A stretch of 64,000 nucleotides of DNA from an uncultured archaeon. GTDB lineage: Archaea; Thermoplasmatota; Thermoplasmata; Thermoplasmatales; Thermoplasmataceae. Below the pieces are notes generated by a model. That model did no database searches. It was not told the DNA's origin and worked only from the letters and a program-made list of their open reading frames with translations. The position numbers were made by a program, and so were the translations under genes. The stretch lies in contig CP009479.1 of the NCBI GenBank assembly GCA_000965745.1, forward strand, positions 992,001 to 1,056,000. Reading direction: 5' to 3'. Each line of letters opens with the position of its first letter. The stretch's first letter is position 1. Of this stretch, positions 18,797 to 28,044 are shown piece after piece.

Positions 18797-20010
18797 GTGT
18801 GTATGAAGAGGTAGTGGAACTAGCTAAAAGAAGAGGAATACTCTGGCCCGCCTTCTTCCATATCCGGGGGCCAGGCAGGTTTTTTATGATTATGGGCCAA
18901 TAGGCGTGCTTCTCAAGGTAATATTGTAAATGTGTGGAAGCAGGGTTACCTGAAGGAAGACGCCATATTGATGGACAGCCCGAATGTTACGCCATCACCG
19001 GTCTTGAGGGCACTTAGAAAACTTTGCAGACCTGGCAGTTGACTGCACTGGGTGCAAGTCAAAGTCCAAGCTCGAGTAGGTACTCAAATCGGCATCAGTG
19101 GGCATAACCCCAAAGACGAAGGAAGAGGCAGACTCAATTCTTAAGCAGTATGAAGACAAATGCCTCAACTGCGGGGCAAGGATCAATGAAGCATATTCGG
19201 CAGATCTCATGTCCAAGGTTGAGACAAACCAGTCTGGAGAAGCTCTTATATCAGTCCGGGAACGGCGCAGGGCATGTTCATCAACCTCAATCTTCTGAAC
19301 AGCTATTGCCGCGGAAAGCTGCCTATGGCAGTAGCACAGCTGGGGAAAGGTTTCAGGAATGAGGTCTCACCGAGACAGAGCCTGATCAGAATGAGGGAAT
19401 TCTTTCATGGTGAAGTGGAGGTGTTCCTGCAGAGAAAGCTTCTGCGACTGCTGGGATGCAGAGGCAATGATTGACGGAGACTGGGTCGAGATTGTCGGAA
19501 TTTCCGACAGTGGCACGTATGATCTCACCAGGCACCAAGAGTCATCCGGCGAGAACATGAATGTTAACATAGACGGACAGCGGTACCTTCCAAGGGTTGT
19601 GGAGCCTGCCCACGGGATAGATCGCATATTCATGGCTGTTCTCAAACATTCCTGCTACCGGCGGGATAGCGGGTACAAGATTCTAAAGCTCAATCTGGAG
19701 ATTGCCCAGTATCATGCTGCAATTCTCCCACTGATGAAAAAAGAGGGTCTTAAGGACTTCGCAAGTGAATTGTACGGCAAGATAAATGAGTTCGATCCTC
19801 CCCTCGTATACGATGAAACGGGGATAATTGGAAAGAGATACGCAGGGCAGGACGAAATCGGAACCCGGTTCTGCATCGCTGCAGATTATCAGACTCTGGA
19901 GGACAGGACTGTAACCGTAAGGTTCAGGGACCCGACCGAGCAGATAAGGATTTCAGCAGACCTGCTCCTGAAAGAAAGAAGAATTGTGGGCAATGGGGCA
20001 CTTGCTGAAC
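18793..20010 (+). pseudogene. glyS: Glycyl-tRNA synthetase (alpha2 type) pseudogene
   Basis: Fragments ELAKRRG, YDYGPIG, HLENFAD, TAQGMFIN, AQLGKGFRNEVSPRQSLIRMREF, DCWDAE, PRVVEPAHGIDR, QDEIGT lie in different frames; in-frame TAG at 19077; internal deletion. Confidence 0.92.
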
Positions 20011-20217
20011 TTACTCAATCTTATTTATCCTTATTATTCCGGTGGGGCATGAGAGTGCGGCTTCCCTGTTGCACTCAAGATCCTCCTCATCAATTATCTC
20101 ATTTCTGAACGATGCTTTTCCGTCCATATCCATAAACCAGTTCTGGGGGCATATGGCCGTGCAGATTGTATCGGCCAGGCAGCCCGACCTGTCTACGCTT
20201 ATCCTGTATTTTGACAT
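20011..20217 (-). CDS. Single-cluster ferredoxin ([3Fe-4S]/[4Fe-4S], Asp at second ligand position)
   Basis: CLADTICTAICP ... CNREAALSCPTGII. Confidence 0.9.
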   Translation of the reverse strand: MSKYRISVDRSGCLADTICTAICPQNWFMDMDGKASFRNEIIDEEDLECNREAALSCPTGIIRINKIE

Positions 20218-20233
20218 TAATATCCAACCCGAA

Positions 20234-20617
20234 TCATTGGCTCGACTGGTACTCTTTTATGCATTTCTGAAGTGTGTTGAATGAAAGAAGGGCACATTTC
20301 TCCCTGCTGGGCCCGAGCTTAAGGCCAATCATGTCTATTACGCTCTCCTCGTCGATCTCCTTTAGCTCTTCAAGGGACTTTCCCATGATCCTGTCTGTGA
20401 GCATTGATGCCGAGGCCTGGCTTATGGAGCAGCCTTTTCCAACAAATTTAACGTCCTTTACGGCCCCATCCTCTATCAGCAGGGAGATGTTGACGGTATC
20501 CCCGCATACTGGATTTGACTCTGTCATGGATACGGTGGCGTTTTCCAGAGTTCCATAGTTATGGGGTTCCCTGTAGTGTTCCAAAACGATTTCAGCCTGC
20601 ATATCGTTATCGCTCAT
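20234..20617 (-). CDS. sufU: SufU/NifU-like Fe-S scaffold/sulfur-transfer protein
   Basis: HYREPHN, NPVCGD, GCSISQASAS, REKCALL. Confidence 0.92.
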   Translation of the reverse strand: MSDNDMQAEIVLEHYREPHNYGTLENATVSMTESNPVCGDTVNISLLIEDGAVKDVKFVGKGCSISQASASMLTDRIMGKSLEELKEIDEESVIDMIGLKLGPSREKCALLSFNTLQKCIKEYQSSQ

Positions 20618-21897
20618 CTTACGAACGCCTTCTGTACTTTTTTAAGGGCATCGAAGAGTGCATTCACGTCCTCCCTGGAGTTGTATATGTAGAATGATGC
20701 CCTCGAACTCGCCACAATCCCTAATTTATTATTTAAAGGCATGGCACAATGATGGCCTGACCTTATCGACAGGCCGTAGGAATCAAGGTCTGCTGCGACA
20801 TCATGCGGATGTACGGCGCTGGTTTCAACGGACTCTACTGAGAGCTTCCTGTTTAGGTCAAGAGGGTGTATTTCCCCTATGTTGAAGGAGTACACGCCTC
20901 CCCTTTCCTGAACCTCCCTTGGTCCGTAGGAGACAAGATCCTTTATCCCGGATTCAATTTCCTTCTGAAGGACATAGGAAACCAGCTCCATTTCGTGACG
21001 GCGGACATTCTCCATTCCGAGGCCCCTGAGGAAATCCACTGCTGCTGAAAGACCTATAGCACCTTCAATATTGGGGGTGCCAGCTTCAAATTTCAATGGA
21101 GTATCATTCCAGGTTGATTCCTCAAGGCTTACCTCCCTGATCATCTCGCCCCCTCCCATGAAGGGGTGGAGGCTGTCAAGAAGGTCGAATTTTCCGTAAA
21201 GTACGCCTATGCCGGACGGGCCGAGCATTTTATGGCCTGAAAATGCCATGAAATCACAGCCTATGTCTTCCACATCAACTGGCATGTGCGGGACGCTCTG
21301 AGCCCCATCAACTATGAATACCGACCCGTTCTCATGGGCGATTCGCCCAATCTCCTTAACGGGGTTGATAGTTCCAAGCAGGTTTGAAACGTGTGTCAGG
21401 GAAACTATCTTTGTCCTCTTGCTTATTTTGCTCTTCAGGTCCTCAAGATCCAGATTTCCATCCGAACCGATATCCACAAATTTGAGTCTGACTCCTTTTT
21501 CCTTCAGGAACTGCCATGGCACGATATTGGAATGGTGCTCCATCACCGAAAGGAGAATCTCGTCTCCCTCTGTCAGGGACCTACCCAGTGTGTACGAAAG
21601 AAAATTCAGCGCTTCTGTGGCATTTCTCACAAAAACGATCTGCCTGCTGTCCTTAGAACCTATGAAATGTGACACGTTCTCCCTGGAGGCGTCATAAAGT
21701 TCCGTAGCTTCCTCACTTATTGTATAGATTCCCCTGTGGACGTTGCTGTTTGAATTGTAATAATAATCAACTATGGCATCTACAACCTCGACCGGTTTCT
21801 GTGTGGTTGCAGCACTATCAAGATAAACCAGTCTGTTGCCTTTTATTTCTCTGTTAAAAATGGGAAAATGTGATTTTATTTCTTCAGGGTTAATCAT
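20614..21897 (-). CDS. sufS: Cysteine desulfurase SufS
   Basis: YLDSAATTQKP, EHHSNIVPWQ, FSGHKMLGPSG, RSGHHCA; start set to ATG 21897 overlapping sufD stop. Confidence 0.95.
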   Translation of the reverse strand: MINPEEIKSHFPIFNREIKGNRLVYLDSAATTQKPVEVVDAIVDYYYNSNSNVHRGIYTISEEATELYDASRENVSHFIGSKDSRQIVFVRNATEALNFLSYTLGRSLTEGDEILLSVMEHHSNIVPWQFLKEKGVRLKFVDIGSDGNLDLEDLKSKISKRTKIVSLTHVSNLLGTINPVKEIGRIAHENGSVFIVDGAQSVPHMPVDVEDIGCDFMAFSGHKMLGPSGIGVLYGKFDLLDSLHPFMGGGEMIREVSLEESTWNDTPLKFEAGTPNIEGAIGLSAAVDFLRGLGMENVRRHEMELVSYVLQKEIESGIKDLVSYGPREVQERGGVYSFNIGEIHPLDLNRKLSVESVETSAVHPHDVAADLDSYGLSIRSGHHCAMPLNNKLGIVASSRASFYIYNSREDVNALFDALKKVQKAFVR

Positions 21898-23131
21898 TCT
21901 CATCCAGGCTCTCAGCGTACTCATACACTTTTTGGGTAAAAAGATCACTCCTAGCCTTTTCTATAAGTGAAGCCACAAACCCTCCAGTTATGATCTTCTT
22001 CGCCTCGCCTGGCGGGATTCCTCTGGACCTCAGATACAATATCTGCTCATCATCCACGTTGCTTATCGAAGAGCCATGCTTTGACCTGGTGTCATTATTC
22101 TTTATCATCAGCCCCGGTTTGGTGTTGGCATAACCCTGCTTTGAAAGTAGCAGTATCTTCGAGTCATAGAAGCCCGTTGATTTCCTGGACATTTCCTCCA
22201 TGTCAACATTTCCTCTGTGCATGGTGGAGCTTCCGCCCGTTACGACTCCTCTTACATTTATGCCTGCGGTTGTTTCCGCCCCGACCTGGAAACTACTGTC
22301 CCTTATGTCCATCTTCTGTTGTTTCTCGGAGAAACTGACGCCGTATACTTTGAAGCTTGAGCCTTTGCCAGGCTGCTGAGATTCGTTTGTGAAAAGGACC
22401 TTGCTTGAGCCGTGATGGATGTGGTATATCTCAAACTCTGCATAATCGTCCTCAAACGCCTTCACATGGGTGAGGTCCACAACGCTCTGGACATTGTCCT
22501 GAAGGTAGTTGTACTGGACTTTGCTGTTCTTTCCTAGGAAGAAATAGATATTCTTTCCATGGACACCATCACCTTTTCCGGTTGTGCTGTACGTATCCGT
22601 AAGGTTCAGCTTCGTATCGTCTTCCAGGATGATGACTGTCTTGAACGCAAATGAGGCGGTGGAGTCGAAGACCACTTCAGATTTCATCTCTATGCTTCCG
22701 GCCTTCCTTGGGATGTATATGAAAATCCCGTTCTGCCAGGAGGAGTTTATCAGATATTCAGTCCTTTCATCCCCGAACTTCCCCTCCGTGTATTTGCTGA
22801 GAAGATCACTGTGCTCCGAGATCGCGGTTTTCATGTCGGTTACAATGACGCCTTTTTTCTCAAGCTCACTGTTCACGTGAAGACGGTCATTGTCCATCAG
22901 TATGTCCGTGTTTGGAGGGAACTTTATGGTTTCTGACTTCTCAGGGAGGGTAATTTCCCCGAAAATCATCCTTTCAAGCTCTTCGTCTGTGATTTCAACG
23001 TAGTCTTTTACTGTAGGGCTCTCCTTGTGGATTCTGATGGGGAGTTTGAGGTATTCCTTGAATGCCTCAACCCTGTAGTCGTACTGCTGATCGCTGAATT
23101 TAGTTTTGAGTGTTTCCGGATATTCTTCCAT
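21890..23131 (-). CDS. sufD: Fe-S assembly protein SufD
   Basis: beta-helix repeats, KHGSS, YLRSRGI; between sufB and sufS. Confidence 0.9.
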   Translation of the reverse strand: MEEYPETLKTKFSDQQYDYRVEAFKEYLKLPIRIHKESPTVKDYVEITDEELERMIFGEITLPEKSETIKFPPNTDILMDNDRLHVNSELEKKGVIVTDMKTAISEHSDLLSKYTEGKFGDERTEYLINSSWQNGIFIYIPRKAGSIEMKSEVVFDSTASFAFKTVIILEDDTKLNLTDTYSTTGKGDGVHGKNIYFFLGKNSKVQYNYLQDNVQSVVDLTHVKAFEDDYAEFEIYHIHHGSSKVLFTNESQQPGKGSSFKVYGVSFSEKQQKMDIRDSSFQVGAETTAGINVRGVVTGGSSTMHRGNVDMEEMSRKSTGFYDSKILLLSKQGYANTKPGLMIKNNDTRSKHGSSISNVDDEQILYLRSRGIPPGEAKKIITGGFVASLIEKARSDLFTQKVYEYAESLDEND

Positions 23132-23137
23132 GTCCGA

Positions 23138-24580
23138 TCATCCTTGTGCGCCGAGTTTGCCCATTTCAAGTTTTATGAGTCTGTTCATCTCGATGGCAAA
23201 TTCCATCGGGATCTCCTTCATGACATCATCGAGGAAACCAAGGACTATCATTGAGCTTGCCTCATCCTCACTGAGGCCTCTTGACCTCAGGTAATGAAGC
23301 TCGTCAGTACCTATCTTTCCAACAGATGCTTCATGGCCGAATGTTGCAGTTGGCTCATAAACTTCATCGTGCGGAAATGTGTATGATGTTGACTCATCAT
23401 TTATCAGAAGGGCATCACACTGCACGTGGCTCTTGGAGTGCTCTGCCCCCTTGTTCATCCTCAGGAGCCCTCTGTATATTGCCTTCCCATCCTCTATGCT
23501 GATGCTCTTGGCAACTATTCTTGAATTCGTGTAAGGGGCGAGGTGAATTGCTTTTGCGCCAGTGTCTTTAACTGTGCCTGGACCCGCGAGTGATATGTTG
23601 AGGTTGCTCGTTGTCGCGTGCGGCCCTCTCAGGTATGAGGACGGGTAAAGCATCGTAACCTTTGAACCAAGTGAGCCTCCGACCCATTCCATTTTTGCAT
23701 TCTCGTCCACCCATGCCCTCTTTGTAGGCATGTTGTAGACACTCTTGGACCAGTTCTGGACACTTGTGTATCTGGCTTCTGAGTTCTTCTTCGCGTAGAT
23801 TTCCACTATGGCACTGTGGAGTGAATTCTTGTCGTACCTTGGGGCTGTGCATCCCTCTATGTAGTGGACTTTTGAACCCTCGTCTGCAACGACTATTGTG
23901 TGTTCAAACTGTCCGGTTGCCTCTCCGTTCATCCTGAAATAGGTCTGAAGGGGCATGTCTATCTGCACTCCGGGAGGGACATACAGGAATGAACCTCCAC
24001 TCCAGACTGCACCGTTGAGTGCTGCAAACTTGTTGTCAGAGAAAGGTACTGCCTTGCAGTAGTAGTCCTTCACAAGGTCCGGGTGCTCTTTTACAGCGGT
24101 ATCAAGATCCATGAAAACGACTCCCTTGTCTTCCCATGTTTTCTTGAGATTGTGGTATACACCTTCGCTGTCGTACTGGGCAACTGAGCCTGCGAGGTAT
24201 TTCTGTTCCATTTCAGGAATTCCAAGCTTCTCGAACGTGTTTTTTATTTCATCTGGAACCTCATCCCAGTCCTGTGACTTGTTTTCATCGTATTTGTTGT
24301 AAAAAGAGGTGTTCTCCCAATCTATGCCTGAAAGATCAGGGCCCCATGTTGGGATGGGCTTTGACTCAAACACCTCAAGTGCCTTGAGCCTCATCCTCTT
24401 CATCCATTCAGGCTCTTTCTTGATCTCTGAAATCTCTTCAACAACTTGCTTATTCAGTCCAGCTCCCGTTGAATAAAGGGGCTTTAGTGAATCGTGAAAC
24501 TCCCAGTCTGAGGATTTGACGCTCTTCAAATCTTCCAGAAGTTTCTCCATTTCTTCATCTTTATTATACTCAACTTCCAT
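23138..24580 (-). CDS. sufB: Fe-S assembly protein SufB
   Basis: AQYDSE, AVWSGGSF, GQFEHT, YIEGCTAP, CDALL, HEASVGKI. Confidence 0.96.
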   Translation of the reverse strand: MEVEYNKDEEMEKLLEDLKSVKSSDWEFHDSLKPLYSTGAGLNKQVVEEISEIKKEPEWMKRMRLKALEVFESKPIPTWGPDLSGIDWENTSFYNKYDENKSQDWDEVPDEIKNTFEKLGIPEMEQKYLAGSVAQYDSEGVYHNLKKTWEDKGVVFMDLDTAVKEHPDLVKDYYCKAVPFSDNKFAALNGAVWSGGSFLYVPPGVQIDMPLQTYFRMNGEATGQFEHTIVVADEGSKVHYIEGCTAPRYDKNSLHSAIVEIYAKKNSEARYTSVQNWSKSVYNMPTKRAWVDENAKMEWVGGSLGSKVTMLYPSSYLRGPHATTSNLNISLAGPGTVKDTGAKAIHLAPYTNSRIVAKSISIEDGKAIYRGLLRMNKGAEHSKSHVQCDALLINDESTSYTFPHDEVYEPTATFGHEASVGKIGTDELHYLRSRGLSEDEASSMIVLGFLDDVMKEIPMEFAIEMNRLIKLEMGKLGAQG

Positions 24581-24597
24581 TCTTTACACCATCCTTA

Positions 24598-25335
24598 TTA
24601 GGCTTTAATCCAATCATACCCATCCTCCTCAATCCTGAGGGAAAGGGCCTTGTCACCGTCTTTTATAATTTTCCCGCTCATCAGAATATGAACGAACTCA
24701 GGCTCTATGTCCTTGAGTATTCTCTGGTAGTGGGTGATTATCAGGAATCCGACGTCCTGGTTGTAGTATTTCTTGATTTCAGCTGCGACCAGCTTGAGGG
24801 CATCGACATCGAGGCCTGAGTCGATCTCGTCAAGGACTACGATCCTGGGCTTGAGCATGACCATTTGCAGTATCTCTACTCTCTTACGCTCCCCTCCTGA
24901 GAAACCGTCGTTAACAGCTCTCTGGATAAACGACTCATCGAGCCCGAGATTTTTCATATGCTCTTTCATTGTGTTGTAAAATTCCGTAATCTTGATCTTG
25001 TCTTCAGGGTGCACATTCTTGTACGCTGTTCTTATGAATGTTCCAAGCTTTACGCCAGCTACAGAAATAGGGCTCTGAAATGCAAGGAACAGCCCGGCTT
25101 TTGCTCTCTCTTCAGGGGTCTTGTCTGCGAGCTCTTTTCCGTCCAGTTTTACTGAACCGCCCGTTATCTCATAGCTGGGATGCCCTATCAGGACATTTCC
25201 CAAGGTACTTTTGCCTGCTCCGTTTGGACCCATCAGAGCATGAATTTCTCCCCCTTTCACAGTAAGATTAACGCCGTTGAGAATCTGCTTGCCTTCAACC
25301 TTGGCTGAAAGATCTTTGATGACTAATTCTGACAT
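24598..25335 (-). CDS. sufC: Fe-S assembly ATPase SufC
   Basis: GPNGAGKST, VNDGFSGGERKR, LDEIDSGLDVDAL, ITHYQR. Confidence 0.96.
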   Translation of the reverse strand: MSELVIKDLSAKVEGKQILNGVNLTVKGGEIHALMGPNGAGKSTLGNVLIGHPSYEITGGSVKLDGKELADKTPEERAKAGLFLAFQSPISVAGVKLGTFIRTAYKNVHPEDKIKITEFYNTMKEHMKNLGLDESFIQRAVNDGFSGGERKRVEILQMVMLKPRIVVLDEIDSGLDVDALKLVAAEIKKYYNQDVGFLIITHYQRILKDIEPEFVHILMSGKIIKDGDKALSLRIEEDGYDWIKA

Positions 25336-25370
25336 CTGCTAATGCACCTACGTCATGATGATTTCTCTAT

Positions 25371-25396
25371 ATTTAAACACTTTCTTATGTTTAAAT
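25371..25396. promoter_or_regulatory. Perfect inverted repeat ATTTAAACA-N8-TGTTTAAAT in the divergent sufC/regulator promoter
   Basis: 9-bp arms at 25371-25379 and 25388-25396, overlapping TATA-like TTTAAA boxes. Confidence 0.55.
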
Positions 25397-25443
25397 TGAC
25401 TAAATTATTTATATCTGGAATCATTACATGTTCTAGAGTACGT

Positions 25444-26121
25444 ATGATAGAAACAAAGGGCGGAGCTTTAGATGACATAGAATCCTTTATGGGCCCTGTA
25501 AAAGCCAACATTCTCCACGAGTTGAGTTACTCCGAGAAGAGTATGGCTGAACTTTCTCAAATCCTTCAGATTAACAAGAATGCTGTCAAGGAGCATATGG
25601 AAAATCTGGAGATGAAAGGGTATGTCAAGCCCTTCTTCAGGGGGAAAGGTGCAGGAAGGCCAAGCAAATATTATGAACTCACCGAGAAAGGCCTTTCACT
25701 GCTTCCCAAGAGATACATAAATCTCGCGACAATGCTGATAGATGAAGTTGAATCAGAATTCGGAAAAGACAAACTCAACATTGTATTCGGCAAAATAGCG
25801 GACAAGATTCTCATGAACGCTGGATGGAAGGTGGCTTCCGATTCAGAGACTATACCCAAGGAACAGAAGATTCAGCACCTGAGGGAATTTGTTTCGACTC
25901 TGAACGAACTCGGTTATTATGCAAGGCTTGAGATTACCGACGACACAGTCAGGATAATCAGGCACAACTGTATTTTCTACGAACTTGCTAAGAACAACAA
26001 CAGAATCATTTGCGGCTCACTCGGCTCGCAGCTTATTGACAAATCTATAAATGACGAATTCAAAATTAAGGAGAAATTTTCTGAAGGGGCAAACAAGTGC
26101 GTGGTCGAGGTCAGTATCTGA
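25444..26121 (+). CDS. SufR-like HTH transcriptional regulator
   Basis: wHTH (AVKEHMENLE..G.V...GAGRPSKYYELT) plus C-terminal HNC..C..C; divergent from the suf operon. Confidence 0.82.
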   Translation: MIETKGGALDDIESFMGPVKANILHELSYSEKSMAELSQILQINKNAVKEHMENLEMKGYVKPFFRGKGAGRPSKYYELTEKGLSLLPKRYINLATMLIDEVESEFGKDKLNIVFGKIADKILMNAGWKVASDSETIPKEQKIQHLREFVSTLNELGYYARLEITDDTVRIIRHNCIFYELAKNNNRIICGSLGSQLIDKSINDEFKIKEKFSEGANKCVVEVSI

Positions 26122-26179
26122 TCCCGGGAAGCGATATCCTACCATATTCTGAGTGGCTGACAAGGCCAAGCAGGAAGCT

Positions 26180-26917
26180 TTAGATCCTGTTTCTTTTCCA
26201 ATTTGCCAGCTTGGCTGTAACAAGTATCACGCCTATCATTTCTGCTGTATAGATAATCCCGGGGATCAGTATGCTGTGAAAGTCCCCGGCTATGGCACCT
26301 TTCATAAGTATAGCAGCCCAGCTAGTTGGCACGAGGTAGGCCACATATTGCAGGAACAGAGGAAGAGAAGTTATGGGGTAGTATATTGGCGGTACAACTC
26401 CGAAGAGGATGGAAAACATTACTGATATTGGCCATATGTCCCTCATCTCCCTGATCCTCGTGGAAACGAGATAGGAAAACATGGAGAATATTGCCCACGT
26501 AGTGAAGAGTGCACCAATTATGACCAGTATGGAAGCTGCCGATACATGCGACACCAATACTATGATGACAAAGAATATTGCTATGCCAGGGAGTGTGAAG
26601 ATTATGTTTCCAGTGGCAAGGCCGAATGTGTATAGGAGTGGGCCTACCGGTGTGGAGGCCACGATCTGCTGGAATTTCAGATCAAGTTTGTAAAAGAGCA
26701 GATCGGTCTGGAGCATTGTCGCAGAGTTGACTATTGTGAATAACAGCCCACCTATTGCGGCGATAAGAATTTTGGAAGGTCCTCCAAAGAGGTAAATGAA
26801 AAACAGAAAAGAGAAAGGTGTCGATATTACTGCAGCTAACGCTATTGGCCTTCTGTAGGCGGGTATCCAACCGTTTATGGCGTTGAGTGCAATTACTGCC
26901 CTGATCTGTGATATCAT
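26180..26917 (-). CDS. ABC-2 type exporter permease
   Basis: Six TM helices, PIYYPITSLP..LQY. Confidence 0.85.
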   Translation of the reverse strand: MISQIRAVIALNAINGWIPAYRRPIALAAVISTPFSFLFFIYLFGGPSKILIAAIGGLLFTIVNSATMLQTDLLFYKLDLKFQQIVASTPVGPLLYTFGLATGNIIFTLPGIAIFFVIIVLVSHVSAASILVIIGALFTTWAIFSMFSYLVSTRIREMRDIWPISVMFSILFGVVPPIYYPITSLPLFLQYVAYLVPTSWAAILMKGAIAGDFHSILIPGIIYTAEMIGVILVTAKLANWKRNRI

Positions 26918-27835
26918 CTATTCACCTTCTATCTGCTCACCCACCAGGGAGATGAACACATCGTCGAGACCAACAGGCCCGACCTCAATCCTGCTCTTGC
27001 TGATCATGTTCCCTGCGAGAATCTCGTCGACCGACTCGCGATCGGTGTAAAGAAGGAGGCCGTTCGGCAATTCCTGGCTTTCCCCGAACTTTGCATATGA
27101 CTGGTCATACCTGACACCAGGAAGGAAAACCCGGGTATCATGGCTCAGGGCGCTCCTGAGCCCGTCAAGTGTTCCCTGCCTGACAAGGGTTCCATAACTG
27201 ACAATTGCTATCTCATCACTAAGTGCTGCAGCCTCGTCCAGGTAGTGTGTTGTAAGTATGATGGTCTTGCCTTTTTCCTTGAACTTCTGAATTGCCTCCC
27301 AGACTTTTCTCCTGGTGATAACATCCAGCCCGATTGTGGGCTCATCAAGGAAGTATATCTGTGCATCTGCCGACAGTGAAATGGCGACCATTGTAAGCTG
27401 CTTCTGCCCCCCTGAAAGATTTACGCATTCCTTATCTGCAAAGTAGTCCATGTCAAGCAGTATGCACACATAGTCGGTGCTGTCCTTTGCACCTTCTCTT
27501 GTGTTCCCCAGCATCCTCTGGTAGTAGTAAACGTGCTCCCGGGGAGTGAGATGCGGAAAAGGCCTGCTTTCCTGCGGAACAAGGGATGTCATGGACCTTA
27601 TTTCGTCCGCATCTGTTTTTATATCTTTGCCGAAAACCCTCACGGTTCCACTGTCCTGCTCAAGCTGAGTGGTGGCAATTTTCACAAAGGTGGTCTTTCC
27701 TGATCCGTTTCTGCCGAGAAGGGAAAATATCATGCTCCTGCGTACCGTGAACGTGAAATTGCTTATCGCTAAGTTTTCCCTGCCTTTGTAACGGTAGGTC
27801 TTTCTCAGGTCAACAGACTCAAGTGGAACAGTCAT
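26918..27835 (-). CDS. ABC exporter ATP-binding protein
   Basis: GRNGSGKTT, LSGGQKQ, LDEPTIGLD, TTHYLDEA. Confidence 0.93.
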   Translation of the reverse strand: MTVPLESVDLRKTYRYKGRENLAISNFTFTVRRSMIFSLLGRNGSGKTTFVKIATTQLEQDSGTVRVFGKDIKTDADEIRSMTSLVPQESRPFPHLTPREHVYYYQRMLGNTREGAKDSTDYVCILLDMDYFADKECVNLSGGQKQLTMVAISLSADAQIYFLDEPTIGLDVITRRKVWEAIQKFKEKGKTIILTTHYLDEAAALSDEIAIVSYGTLVRQGTLDGLRSALSHDTRVFLPGVRYDQSYAKFGESQELPNGLLLYTDRESVDEILAGNMISKSRIEVGPVGLDDVFISLVGEQIEGE

Positions 27836-28044
27836 TCATCCTCTTATCCGGCGGCTTACAAAGCGTATCCAATTTCTAAGGTCTATGCTTCTTCATTGAA
27901 CGGGCGGTTAACTTGCATTTGCTTATCCATAAGTAAAGCTCACCCGGAAAAACCCTATCTTTTGGCCATATTTAAAGCTGAGTAAGCGCTTTCTGGTAAT
28001 GGAGTTAATAAACCATTACGGTTCAGTGAGGACACGATGCAGGT

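Noticed and set aside
19077-19079. Pyrrolysine readthrough or programmed frameshifting rescuing glyS
   Set aside because: Too many independent lesions, including a deletion and substitutions at conserved residues
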